Shown here one piece after another: positions 12,656 through 26,379 of a stretch of DNA of 64,000 nt; within the stretch, counting starts at the first letter, position 1; each line of letters starts with the position of its first letter. A program made the position numbers and the translations under genes. This stretch comes from Lama glama (taxonomy: Eukaryota): assembly GCA_028534125.1 (NCBI GenBank), contig CM052818.1, positions 15,750,001 through 15,814,000 of the forward strand, read 5' to 3'. The notes under the pieces are model-generated. The model worked only from the letters and a program-made list of their open reading frames with translations. It had not been told where the DNA came from and searched no databases.

Positions 12656-13339
12656 TCATCTTTTTTTCTGAACTGGTTAGTCTTGGCTATTTCTACAATA
12701 AATTATTTGAAGAAGAAACAGCAGTAGTAATACTATTAGATCATTGGTTGCTTTGAGGTTAGAAAGCCTACAGTTTCCCTACTGAGAATTAGTCCTACAT
12801 ACTAGATTGTGGGAATTTACACTGAAGTGAAAGAGCTTCACTAAAATTTTTCATTAATCAAAGAACTTAATTATCAGCCATAGCAGTAATTTCTTCTCTT
12901 AAATGGTAACAAATCCCTAATACACTTGGTTGGTTTATCTATCCCCTTGATTACTTAGAGTTGTGATCATTACTTGAGAAATTAAATTCAGTCTCAATCT
13001 TTGCATTTATAAAATATCTTTTATTGCTGAGGTTTGAGAAGTAAGTTTCAGACATATTCTGATCTGAAAGCAAAGTGGAAATCACAGGAGTATTTTATCA
13101 AGAACTATGAGATGGGAAAAGCAGTTAAAAATGCCAAATATTCAGATGCTACCATATAAGTGGATTTTTGCACCATTTCTATCACACTGAGTGAATTAGT
13201 GATCTAAACTTCTTTTAGGGAGAAGGGTTGAATGTGAGGACCCTTGAAAAAAATGAGTTCAGAATAACCAAATATAAAGTAATGAGAGACAAGAAGAAAC
13301 TTCAACAAAACAGCAGAAGAGACCAAACTGAAATACATT

Positions 13340-13880
13340 TCCTAGAATTCCCCTCCCTATCGAGTTCCAGATTAATGTTGGCCACAAAAGATACTTTTAT
13401 GAGATTTGGATGATGAAAGTGAAGCTGCAACCACCCATTTTCATACTGTGAAGGTTGATGTAGAACATCAGGAGTGATTTAGGGCAATAACTAGACCAGC
13501 ATCCTCCAGCTCCCATCTAAATCCTCTCCTTCAGTTCCTCTGATTTTGAGGCCAACGTGCATGTAGCTTGTGGTGAAGAACACCACCTTCTCCCTCAGGT
13601 GACCCATCACACCAAGGTTACAGGTGGTGAGAGACAGACCTGGGTCCTAGATTATACTCATGAGTTCCAGTTATTGACTTTTTCCACATCCTGTTTCTCT
13701 TCCTAAGTGTCAGTCTGGCTGACCAAAATGGCTTTAGAATTAACTCTAGACAGAGAAGCCCACAGCTGGCTCCAATAGGTCTCACAATTATGTCAAGATT
13801 AGCACCTAAAATAAATCCCTTATTCTACCACTGTTGATGACTTGTAGGGCTTCTGCTTCTCTGAGCAAACCATGATGTAT
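13340..13880 (+). mobile_element. ERVL-class solo LTR (LTR33-like), degraded
   Basis: 3' end resembles the recalled LTR33 terminus (ataaatcccttattct...gcttctgcttctctgagcaaaccatga). Confidence 0.5.
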
Positions 13881-13911
13881 TAAAAGGGTCTGCAAGGAAG
13901 GCTTTGTAGAG

Positions 13912-14373
13912 GGTGGTAGGTGAATTGTATTAATGGCCCCCATTATTCATACCCTTTGGTCCTGTAACTTTACACTCCCTCCACACTCTGATTCTGGGCT
14001 CATTCATGTGATTTTCACTGACCAATGAGGTATTAGCAAATGTGATCCAAGCTTGAAAAAGCACATGCTCATTTCTCCTTGCCTCCTTACAGAATTGGGC
14101 TTGCTGGCTCTTGAATCCCCACCTTTGAGCTAGATTGTTGAAGAATTAGAGAGATCTCAAGCAAAGCTCAGTCATCATATCCAAAGTCAATCTAAACTTT
14201 ATCTTTCCCAGACACATCATTAATCTCATTATTAATCCAAAGTGAGATGAATGAATCAAACCTAGCTAAGATTAGCAGAAACCAGCTCTATCTTCATGAG
14301 AAATTTAAAAAAAAAACTTAATTATTTAAAGACTTTGAGGTCCTTTGTAATGCAACAATAGCTAATTAATGCA
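13912..14373 (+). mobile_element. MaLR LTR, MLT1H/I-like
   Basis: Starts ggtggtaggtgaattgtattaatggccccc; contains gaccaatgaggtattagcaaatgtgat; ends tttgtaatgcaacaatagctaattaatgca. Confidence 0.75.
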
Positions 14374-17143
14374 GTAAGCACAGATCAAGTTACAAGAATC
14401 CTTTCCCAGATATGGTGGCTAGGGACAAGACTAGCAATATTTACTATGCATTCCCTATGCCAGGTCTATCCTACTACATATAATGTCACAATAATCATAA
14501 AACAGCTTCTTCCCCATTTCTCAAATGAGGACAATGTGGCATTTGCCTACGACTGGAACCTGGACTGGTTTATACTCAAGCCCATGCTCTTATTTCATTT
14601 CCTTCCTGTAAGATGCATATACACACATGTACACATATGTCCACTTGCCATTGTAGGTGAGTAAGGAATAGGTAACTAGTTAATAAAGGCCTAAATAAAG
14701 GCCTACACAGTCTTCTTTTTAGTTCAGTGGCAGAGAATGAAGGGTAGAACATGAGAGTCACACAGGAATCTTCTAAAATATACAGCTTCACCTCTTGGCT
14801 CTGATGTGGTCTCAGAAGACTAAAGGGTTGGTGGAGTTTGAAGGACTGTTCAGACTTGGCTCCGATAGAGGAAGCACTTCCTTTCTTTCCACTGCTGTGA
14901 GCTACTGAGCAAAGTCCTGTCCCTCCACAAACACGTAGAGAACAGATTTTCTTTTTGTGAAGCAAGTCCCGTGTGGCTTCAGCTACCTTAGAAGAACTTC
15001 AGGGGACTGCAGTGGCGCCCCAGGCAAAGACGTATTCTCTTCTAACTGCCACTGGCCCACCCTTCATTATTTAAAAGAAATTCATACTTAAAGCAATTCC
15101 TGACATCAAGAAGGTAGTGAGAAGATTATGATTTCAAGAAGAAAAAAAAAAAAGGAGACTTTCTGAATTGGAAGACATGGGAACTAGAGGGGGAAAGGGC
15201 AAGTCCAATATCGGGGCTGAGGCCCTGAATTGTTTAACCTTGTGCTCTAATAGATACAGGAAGTAAGGCCTGCTGATGACCTAGAGGCAATAAAATGTGA
15301 GGCCAAATAAAAGGAAAAGAACACAAGTTTGGGGACGTTTCCTCTTTAGAAGGTGATATGACAGATGCTGCAATCACCTCTCTGAATTTCATCAGTGGAA
15401 CATCCAAAGATGCAGAACAGCAGAGGAGTAATGAAAATACGCTCTTGGGGACAATGCAGAGAAGTTAAAGACTATTTAATTTCAGATTTATTTTGGCCCT
15501 ATTAACAGCCTAACTTGCTTCCAAACCAGTTTGATAAATTCGGAGTCAGTCTTTAAGCCAAGATTAATACTGTGACTTCCAATATTTCAAATTTTTAGAG
15601 GAGAAACAAAAATCCACAGGGACTGAGTCATCTCTTAAAAGTTGAATAGTATTCCTTTGTATTAACGTAGGGTCATTTTTCTAAGAAGCTCCAAGCATTT
15701 GATGTTATACTAATCTGATTCAGTATTCTTGAAACACAGAACTCACAGATGACAGAACTGAGACCGATGACAGTGATGTAGCTGAATCTTTGTCTTTGAG
15801 ATCATCTCTAAAGGATAAACCAAATCACCTGAGTGAAGTGAGTGACTGGAAGACTGAAAATATAGTCAAGATGATGGCATGGAGGGGAGGGGTTAACCAC
15901 ACTTCAGATTTTTAAGGTGTTTCATTTCCCTCCCTTGCTATTTTTCACTAAATAAAATAAAAATAACACAGTTTGCAGGAAAATCCCAGAAGTGGTTGCC
16001 AGGACCATTTTTTAAAAATCTGATTGGCCACACTTGGACTCAGAGGTGAGGATGCCGCTGTGTATGTGAGGACAGCCACGGGCAGAGGATGAGGTGCTGC
16101 CAATACACACACTACATAGCCGTCACCCCTGCATTAAAGCGGGTCTGTTTCTATTTATAATTGCACTCCTTGCTGAGCTACTCTTCATATTCAAAAGCAT
16201 CACATGTTCTAGATAAATAAATATAGCTATAATAGAGAAATGGAAAATTAAACAAAAAAAGACAGCTTTTTCCATGTGTTTTCCCAGATAAGCACCACCA
16301 TCAGGCCCTGCTGATATTCCCTGAAGAGATGAAAGCTGTCTGTAATGACGGTGTAGCCTACCAAGCGGAGACCACTTGAAAAACCAGACATCTAAACCAA
16401 TTTCACTTGCAAATTAGAAACCAAATAACTGAAATTAAAACATTTTAAGATAATTCTTTAAAAGTTTGTTGTTGTTTTTCTATCTGACAAGGCCATAAAA
16501 AAAATCTTGTGATTTTATTCAGCTTAGTTTGTATCTTTTCAAAACAGTCCAAAACTGTACAAACCTATAACTAGCAAATTTTTACTATTTCATTACTACA
16601 TCATTTTTGAAAAGCATTAATACTGGACACCTAACAGTTTGAAGTAGGTATCCTTTTCTCCTTAGTTTGGCAAAGAGTTTTATAAGAAAGGAACTATCTT
16701 AATATAATAGAGGACTGTGAAATTTTGCAAAACAAAAAGGTACAAATAGAATTGAGTTTTCTGTGTTCTTATAATAGTTCTGTTTGAAAACTTCATATTC
16801 TCTCTTTGCTGATTTCTAAGTTAAACATTAAGATGTTTAGACAACCCACTATTTAAAGGGTATCCTGCTTCTATTTTCTTCAAGAAACCCTGACATTCTT
16901 AAAACATTTCTGTTCTTTACCTACAGAAATTACCACCTCAACTCCAAAATGACAACTGCCCTGCATCTGGAAGGTAATTATTGATTTTGTTGCCACTACA
17001 AGGGAAAATCCAGGAGGTTGAAGTATTACCTTTTGTTACTGTACAATCTAAAGACATCACCTCTAAGAGCAGATTACAGACAACAGGACATTTCTTTTCT
17101 TTTTGGTTGCTGAGAAGCTGAGTCAGGCCATATGAAGTCAATG

Positions 17144-17157
17144 GTTGCTATGACAAC
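17144..17157. promoter_or_regulatory. Candidate RFX X-box (GTTGCTATGACAAC)
   Basis: 12/14 match to the palindrome GTTGCCATGGCAAC in unique sequence; AP-1 and ETS motifs within 30 bp. Confidence 0.45.
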
Positions 17158-18015
17158 GTATGAAACGGAAGAAGATACTATGCCTGAGTACAGAGAATTC
17201 ATTTATCTATGATGATCCATTGTTTTCTTTGATAGGATGCACATGCTTGCCTAGGAGAGACAGACTTACACACTTTAGTTACCAGATAGCCACTTAAATT
17301 ATATTAATAAAATCAGGTGCCCATTATTTTCACTTAAGAACTGAAAACCATCTACTTGTACTACATGAGCTTTTTCCCCTCTTTTATTTATTTTGCTTTC
17401 TGATTTAAAGTGACACGGGTAAGTAACACATCTTTATGTATTCTCTCTCTCCTGTCATAATGTGAAATAGACCCATATGTTAAGAATGTAAATAAGTTTT
17501 GCTGTGGCATATTGTAATAAACATTTTACTATTCAATAGTTATACAGCTGAAACAGTGATATAAGCCAGGGAATGTAAAAGCCACACAAACCCATAATTC
17601 TGAAGCGTTATAAAATCCAACCAAACAAATTTGCCCTGGATAGAAATCAGTCACACACAGTATTTTTGCACAGAGAAATTTTCAATCAATTTTTCAGAAA
17701 TTATCTGTTACTATTTTTTGCTTTTATGGCTGCAAGTCATCAACTTATCTGGTAGATAATTACTTTTTTTTCCTCCACTCACATATTAGTTTATTTTAGT
17801 ACAGGAGTTACCAACTTATGGGTTCTGTCTACTGGTCAATTCAAAAATTTTAAAAGTGAATGTTTGGGAAAATACACCCACAGTCCTTATCCTTACATAA
17901 GGTATACACCTCTGAAAATAGAGGATTTAATTATCCCTTAACCAAGGAGCTCATAAATCAGAGAAACATTCTCAGTAGTGACTCTAGCAGCCATCCAAAT
18001 TAGTATGAACAAAAA

Positions 18016-18017
<2 letters not shown>

Positions 18018-18058
<41 letters not shown>

Positions 18059-18068
18059 TGTGTGTGTG
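18018..18068. repeat. (CA)n/(TG)n head-to-head microsatellite
   Basis: AC run 18018-18055 joined directly to a GT run 18056-18068. Confidence 0.97.
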
Positions 18069-18784
18069 GAAATCTTAGCCTAACAGAGAGAAAGAAACAT
18101 GAAATATGTGGTTTTGAATTCTTCATCTTCTAATTTTTCACCATGTGAATTGAGGTCAATATTTAAGTTCTAGAACCAACAGTTTTCTCATTAATTAAGT
18201 AGGAATAGTTGCAGTAACACATGAGCACAACACACTAACACAATGCCTGAAGGAACTGGTTAAGACCAAATAAAGAAAGAAAATGCTAAAAGCCTGAAAT
18301 GCTATTAGTATTTTTTAATTAATTTTTTTTCATCTCCCGTATCACATGTAAGTTCCCCTTTTAGCCATCTCGGGAAGGGAGTTCTTGGAAGTACAGGTCT
18401 CAGATTAACTACATTGAAAACAGAATGATTCAGCACAAAGAGAAACATCCCCTCATCAATTTTATGGTTACTCTGAGGTTGCTTTCATTTTTTTTTCCTC
18501 TTTAGAACTCTGTTATATGGAGTCAAGTATGAATTCAATTTTATCTTTTCCCAAATGGCTATCACTAAAATTTTTATTTTTCTCCACTGATTTAATATGT
18601 ATTTTTAGTCTATCCAAATTTGCATGTGCATTTTTGTCTGACTTTCCTATTCAGTTCCATTCATTCTCTTTATGCTCCAACAGCAATACCACATTATTAG
18701 AGAGACTATAGAATGTTTTAATATTCTGTAAGGGTAGCATGCCCTAAATGCTAATTTTAAGGAATTTAAAAAAATCAACCCCCC

Positions 18785-20030
18785 AACTTTATTAAAATAT
18801 AATTGACATATAACACTGTTTAAGTTTAAGGTCTGCAACATGATTTGTTACACTTATGTATTGTGAAATGATTACCACAATAGGGTTAGTTAATTCCTTC
18901 ATCACCTCACATAATTATCATTTCATTTTTGTGGTGCGAACATTTAAGATCTACTCCTAGCTACTTTCAAATACATAATGCAATATTCTTAACTATGTAA
19001 CGTCACCAACACTGTACATTACATCCCTAGAACTTATTCACCTCATAACTGGGAGTTCACATTCTCTGACCAACATCTACCCAACTCCACCAATCCTCAG
19101 CATCTGGGAACCACCATTCTACTATCTCTGAGCTTGACTGTTTTAGATTCTGCATACAAGTAATATACAGTATTTGTCTTTTTCTGATTTATTTCATTTA
19201 GCATAATGCCCTGAATTTCCATCCATGTTGTCACAAATGGAAACATTTCCTTCCTTCTTTCTCACAGCTGAATAATATTCCCATGTGTGTATCTCATATT
19301 TTCTTTATCTACTCAGCCCTAGATGAATACTTTGGCTGTTTTCAGATCTTGGCTATTGTTAATAAGGCTGTAGGAAACATGGGGTACAAATATCTCTTTG
19401 AAATCCTTCGAGATGTTTTTCATTTCCTTTGGATATATACCCAGAAGTGAAAATGCTGGAACATACAGTAATTTTATTTAATTTTTTTTGAGGAGACTCC
19501 ATACTATTTCCCATAGTGGCTGTACCAATACATTCCCACCAACAAGGGTTCCCTTTTCTCCATATCTTTGCCAAAACTTGCTCTCTCCTCTCTTTGATGA
19601 TAGCTATTCTAACGAGTGTGAGGTGATACCTCATTATAATTTTGGATCGATTTGCATTTCCCTGATGTTGAGCATCTTTTAATGTACCTGTTGGCAATTT
19701 GTATGTCTTCCTTGGAAAAGTGTCTATTCAGGTCCTTTGTCCATTTTTAATTGGATGAAGAGGATGATTATTATTACTATTGAATTGTATAAGTTCTTAT
19801 ATATTTTAGATACTAACCTCTTTTCAGATAGGAGGTTTGTAAATATATTGTTCCATTCTGTAGGTTCCCTTTTTATTTGTTGATTATTTCTTTTGCTGTG
19901 CAGAAACTTCTAAGTTTGATGTAGTGTCACTTGCTGATTTTTGCTTTTGTTGCTTATGCTTTTGGTGTCATATCCAAAAAGTCACTGTCAAGACCCATAT
20001 CAAGTAACCTTTTTCCTATGTTTTCTTCTA
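18785..20030 (-). mobile_element. L1 (L1MA9-like) ORF2 3' part and 3' UTR
   Basis: Antisense 3' UTR (ctttattaaaatataattgacatataacactg...gaaatgattaccacaata); minus ORF 19359..19697 contains MRYHLTLVRIAIIK. Confidence 0.93.
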
Positions 20031-20329
20031 CTTATCTCAACTTCAGAATTAGAAGAAAAAGGAGTAAGAAAAAGAGAACGAGAAATGAGAGGAGGAAGAG
20101 AAGGAGAAGCCAACTAGAGAATTTTAGACCTGATGACAGTAGTTATTCTCAGAGAATCTAGTGAGAAAAACATTCCTAAAGTAAATCATGTAGATTTAAC
20201 TTGGGTGAAATGTCTTTAAAATTGGAGCTATATCTGCTAATAAACTGTAGCCACATGTCAATTCAGTATTACACATATAAGCATAGTCAGTATTTACTAA
20301 ATAGTGAAATCAACATGACTCTTCAAAGA

Positions 20330-21500
20330 AAAAGATTACTGGCATAAGTGTCATCTACTACCTAAGATAGTAGCAAGGAAAAGTAATAAAAGTAATTTAA
20401 GCATTTTAAAGTTAAAAAGTAACATTTAATGCAAGAAATATCTGAACTCTATGGAGAAAACAGAAAGGTAAATGAGCATGATTACCTTCCATCCCTCCCA
20501 ATCACTGAATCAATGATAGAAGATACACAAAATAAAAGTAAATTCAAAAGAAAACAAAGAACAATACTACAATTAGAAGAGAATGTTAAGGACCTTACAG
20601 ATAATACAACACAGAGGAAATTATGTTAACAGTGAATCCTAAATGGGGTGATAAACCTCAACACAATATAATTAAAGACAGGATCACTTAAAAACTATGT
20701 TTTCCTAACAGAAACCTGGAATTATGCCCATCAGATGCACCAGAGGCTAGAAACCAGAGCTGGATGGTCAGTGAGATACTTGATGAAAAGTCTGTGTAAC
20801 AGCTGCGACAGTCCCCTACTCTCAGTGCTCCTGGTTCTGATTTTTCCTTCAAGCCAAACACACAAGAATTTGTGAATAAAGCAGTGAATCTGCTGTTGGG
20901 ACAGTCCCAAAGGGAATGCTGGGGCCAAACTGAAGCTAAGGATTTCTCCATTTGAGCAGGCAAACTTACCTCATACCCAAAAAGAAAGACATCCTGATCA
21001 CATGCTCCCATCCTGTTCTTTCACAGAATTCCCAAATTCTATTAGAATCTCAATTTGTTGCCGAGAAAACAGAATACTTGATGGTGATGTGAGAGCACTT
21101 TTCAAAAAAGTGTACTACTCTTACAAGAACCTTACACAATGGACAGATGACCAAGACATCCCATAAAACAGACAATAACAGCATGAAAGAAAGGCAGAAT
21201 GAAAAAAACCAAAACAAATAAGGCTGACCCTCCAGGTGAGAGAATATATGTAGACAACATAAATGTTTAAATAATTAAAATTAATATCCTCAGAAAAATC
21301 TATAAAACAAGAACTTATTGCTATGAAAGAGCAGAGTTCTTAGAAATTCAAAATATGATTCCAAAAAGAATAATAAATCAAAAGAATAAATAGTAAAACT
21401 GATTCAACTGAAAATAAGGGGGCAGCACTAGAAAACAGAAGATTTCCCCAAAATTCCGTACACACAGAATGTAGATTTAGAAAATACAATTCAATATCAA
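20330..21500 (+). mobile_element. Very old L1M fragments, patchy
   Basis: A-rich segments with L1-like phrases (tctgaactctatggagaaaa; aattaatatcctcagaaaaat; ttcttagaaattcaaaatatgatt). Confidence 0.4.
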
Positions 21501-21799
21501 TCAAAAGGATATAAACAAGAAAGAAAGAGGAAAAAGCTTTTGCTCCCATTAGATCTAGTCCCACATTACTTCCTGCCACAACATTATTGAATAGGAGTAG
21601 TATACACTTCTTTCAAAGAACACCTGCCACCCTCCCTCACATATAAATACACCTTCCAGACGTGAATGATCTGGTCTCCCTGACCCAGGAAAGTCAATCA
21701 CATTAAGCAACAGCACATTTTTCTAAATCTGGCTTATCTGGGAAATTGAATCCATTCACATTTATTGTAATCATACTATATTTGATTTTATTTCAGCCA

Positions 21800-22210
21800 T
21801 ACTATTACTGAACACTAGCTGTATATGAAACAGACATAAAATCATTGTGCAATGACTTAAATGTAATACAAGTTTATTTCTCCTGTAAGTCTTGATTGAC
21901 CCAGGGTGCAAAGGAGCAGAGGGCTGCTCCTTACCATCACCGAAGGACGCACGTGAATAAAGGTTTTGCCATCTTCAATGAATCAAGTCCAAATTTGATT
22001 ACCATAGTCACCTCCATCTACTCTTAGGAAACAAACAAGTACCAAGGAGGCCTCATGAGGGGACTCTTGGGACCAGCCCTGGAAGTGACAATTTTTTCTT
22101 ATGCTCTATTGTCTAGATATCATTTGACAACAGCAAACTGCACAAGAATATGGAAAATGTGGTCCAGCGGTATAGTCAGGGAGAAGAGAAAGACATGGAT
22201 TTTGGTGAGA
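21800..22210 (-). mobile_element. MaLR LTR, MLT1J/K-like
   Basis: aatgacttaaatgtaatacaagtttatttctc...ccagccctggaagtgac...aactgcacaagaatatggaaaatgtggtcc. Confidence 0.6.
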
Positions 22211-23139
22211 TTCTAATATACCCATCTTATTTTCCAATGTCTACAATTTACCTCTTTTTTTCCCCATTTATTATTGCCCATATTAACCATATCTTATTTG
22301 GTTTTAGTCATCTGCTTTATTGGATGTTCTAGTTTTTATTTCTATTCTACTAATGTTTATATTCAAATTTATAGCTAACATTTGCAAAGTTTCATTTAAT
22401 GCCAAAAATGATTATCTAGAGCCCTTTCTTCCGAACCAGACTGACTGTTAGCTCACTTTCACTTATTTTCTTCTTATACAAGCCCTCCACTCCTGCTAGT
22501 TTTCCTTTAATTCACTGGTTTAATTTTGTATTATCTATGAATTATGACTCTTTTAAAATCTTTATCTAACAATTGAATTTAATATCATGGCTTTTTTATT
22601 TGCTAATCATTTCTCGAATATTACATTCTCAAAATATCACTCAGTATCTGCTGGAGTACATTATGAGTAATTTAATTTTCAGAGAAACTAGTGGATAATA
22701 AATTTCTCGATACTAGAAATGTCTCTCATTTTTTTTTCTCACTTGTGGAAAATACTTGGACTGTTTTTGTGGTCCTAAAGTCAAGATCCTTTCTCTGAAA
22801 TCAAGGTTATCAAAATAGTCACAGAGGCAAAACACCAGCAGAGAACTGTCCCAGCAAAGCAGGAAACCCAGGGGGCCCCTTAGTCATTGAGACAGCGCCG
22901 TGGCAGTGATACGTAAAGCACATCAGGAATTTGTACAGAACATACAGGAGCTTATCCTGTGACAGACACTCAGGAATAACGAGAAAATTTGACAGGGGAT
23001 AATTCCTGGTATATAACCTAGTAATGGGGTTCATGCATTACTTGTTTCCATTTGAAAAGGGAAGTACAATCTCATTTTTAATCACAAACTAAGAAGCACA
23101 AAATATGTATTACAATGAACAAAATAATGACAACTGTTT

Positions 23140-23315
23140 GTAATCTTTATTGAGCACCTAATATGTGTTAGACCTTATAAGTAAGAGATGTGAAAGGTCT
23201 GCTATAAGACAATCAACAATTCTTCAGGGTCCGGATGATCATTTCCATTTTACACATAAGGAGAAAGACTCATTGGATTATCTTGCTTGAAGTTACACAG
23301 CTAGTAAATGGTACT
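23140..23315 (-). mobile_element. MIR SINE
   Basis: tttattgagcacctaatatgtg...tccattttacacataagga...gaagttacacagctagtaaatgg. Confidence 0.7.
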
Positions 23316-25439
23316 ATTCCGTAGTGTGGGTTGGTTATTTATTTTCTGAATCATAATTAGAGATTTATTAGCCCCTTGGAATGCTTACCAGCACATACCT
23401 CAGGGCTCTGCAAGTGTGCTCAGTTGAATACACTCCACCCTAGCACTGGGGCCAAGCATCACCTGTTAACCAATCTTGCAGTGAGCACATTGCCAAATCC
23501 ACCTACTGTCTCATTCAACGAATGTACCTCCAAGTCATTCACTTGGAATATTTCATTAAGCCAAATCTACTTCACTCTCCTCTTTCCAACTGACTTATAA
23601 AGCTTAGAATAACAAATAGTAAATAATATTTCAGCTTTTTCATATGATTTTTAAAACTACACTTAGGGTAAATGGGACCGTGAATAGAAAAAAAAAAACA
23701 AAACTAAATTAGAGATGTGAAGTTTTTAAGTCAACTGCTTTGAGAGATCCCTCACTTCACTTTCTAAAATAGACTCCAGCAAGCAGATAAATGAAACCTT
23801 TTGAGCTTTAATCATCTTTTAAAAATTTTGTCTGAATTCTTGTAGTTATGTGATGAATGCCCAAAAGACAGGAGAAGGGAGAGAGAAAATGAAGTCTGGA
23901 TAATCCATAATCTTGAAAGTAACCATTCATTTACTGCTTTCCATTTTTTATAATTCAATCCATCTAGCTCCTGTGCCAAGACTACTATTAATTTCTCTCA
24001 TATTACATAAATTAATTTGCATAAAATATCAAACTGCTATTTTTGTGTTAGGCAAAGTGCTGGTTATGTCTTGAAAAAAATGTTTAACCCTTTCTTACTG
24101 TTCCCGTCTTCCCCTTCCCCCTCCCTCATCTGCACTTACAATTTGCCATTTGTGAACAGTTTTGCTTCCACTGAGACGCCCGAGTTGGAGTTATTACATT
24201 TAAGTGGTTAGCTGTCAGTGTTGTTTTGCAACAAAATAGTAAGGGCTGCTAATGTTTAATCTGCGGCATACCACCATACACGTGTACCCACCGAAAGGGG
24301 GAAAAGAGAAAAAAATTGCTCAAATTACTATGAATTTTTCCAGTATTTTTGTAAAGTCATTCTCAGACAGGAAATACAAAACATAGAACTTGAGCCTCAC
24401 ATACAGAATCAACAACCAGTTACAATTCTAGGCTTCGGATCACTCAACATCCTGTCACCAACCACCTGCCTGGGCTGTGAAGATGCTAGCATGTTGTTTC
24501 CTCTCTGTGAATGAGTCAAGGTCTATGTAACCTTCACAAAATCAGACAAGGAGCCTACACATCAGATAAAGAAATTAACACATTGTTCAACAGACTTGAA
24601 AAGAAATGTCCACAGACTCTTAACCAACTGGAGACACCACCTTTCTTGTTCCTTCTCAATTGCATCTCTCCCTCTCATTTAATGTCCAAAATGCCTTCCA
24701 GCCAGGATCTAATATGTAACTCTCCCACACAAAATGCAGGCAAATACACAACATTTTCAGTGTTGTCTCTATCTGCACAACCTGTTAGAACACAGAAATG
24801 CCCTTCTCTAAGATGTATTAAAATATATGGATTAAGATTATAAATGATTTCTTATGGCTCTTTATTTAGTCAGGCAGAAAGTGAATATTTATTGAGTTTT
24901 GACTTTGTACAAGGTCTATGGTTCAATGTGATAAATATGTGAACAATGAGTGGTGTTGAATAAAAAGCATGACTTCTGGCTTCTAAGATGTTAAAATCAA
25001 ATTAATACAAAACATAAAGTCACACCAAACCCACGGGCATACTAAAAATACAGGTAAACAAAAAGGAAAAAAAAATGATCAGCCAGGAAGTTACCAACCA
25101 GGTAAATCAGTATTACTATTTTGGTAATTATCTTTGTATCTGTCTAACCCTCTGTGGTTCTGTCAGTCCCTTGCATGTATGCCTATGACCCTATTATTTT
25201 CACTGAGAAGGATACAGTGAGCATCTTTATCAGCAGACAGATTACCACATTCATTCCAATAGAATTTAACAAACCATTTGACGAACACTCCACAATTTAT
25301 TTAACTCGTCACTTTAGTGGATATGAGGGTTCTCTCCAAATTTCATTTCATAGTGCATATATGCTCACACACACAGCTTTATGCATATGTTCAATAATAG
25401 TATTAAGGTAGATGTCTATCACAAAGGCATGCACATTTT

Positions 25440-25990
25440 TAAACCTTTAAAAGTTTTAATATTTAATACTTACACAGAAATGTAGACATACTAAGGTGTA
25501 AACCTGAATGAATTTTCACAAAGAGCATATCATGTACAGCATTCATTTCAAGAAAGAAAATACTACCTACAACACAAAGCCCATTGTGAGCCCCCTTTCC
25601 ACCTTAATCCCCCCAGAGGGTAATTATCATACTGATATTATACTGATTAGAAAACAGAATACTTTACATAATTGATAAATTAGGTTCCCTTTGTACCCTG
25701 CTTCTTTGTGAAATCTATCTGTATTGTTGTGTTTAGTTGTATATTAACCATGTTCAAAGCTGTATAGTCTTCCATCTTGTGAATATACCACAATTTACTT
25801 ATTTATCCCATCTGGTGAATATTTAATGTAGTGAACACTCAGGAATTGTCCAGTGTGGGCTATTATGAATAGTGCTGCTGTGAACAATCCTATTCATGTC
25901 TTTTGTAAGCAATATGTAGGCAAATCTGATGGTTATGAGTAGAAATTCTGGGGTAAGTTATATACAGCCAGCTCTAGTAGATACAAAGTA
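25440..25990 (-). mobile_element. Old L1 (L1ME-like) 3' end
   Basis: tgaatgaattttcacaaag...gtgaatataccacaatttac...ggctattatgaatagtgctgctgtgaaca. Confidence 0.75.
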
Positions 25991-26379
25991 AGAACTCCTA
26001 CAGGTTCTACAAATTATCCTCAAATTGTAGCTCAAAAACAGTCTTCATTATCTCAGTTTCTGTGGGTCAGATGTCTGTGTACAGTTTAGAGAAATGGCTC
26101 TGTCATCAAAGATGGTCAGGTTTGCAGTCATCTCAAGGAATGATTAATTACATTTACTGATTAAAAATTTCTAAACCTCAGCGGTTATCAATGAAGAATC
26201 CACCATGCTAACTCTGGTTAGAGTTCAGATTTAGGTATGTAAATCCTCTCCCCCATCCCACTCCCCTCTCCATATTGTTTAAGGACGTGTGCAAATTAAA
26301 TTATTCCTGTATTTCAAAATTAACGAAGAACAGAAATCCTTACATTATTCTTGGATTTCACTTAAGAGATCATCTTTTT

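Noticed and set aside
14682..14705. Short tandem duplications (aataaaggccta x2; similar ones near 34105, 37112, 46780, 60010)
   Set aside because: Ordinary slippage-type micro-duplications.
15005..15025. ctgcagtggcgcccc as a CTCF site
   Set aside because: Needs a gap to fit the core consensus.
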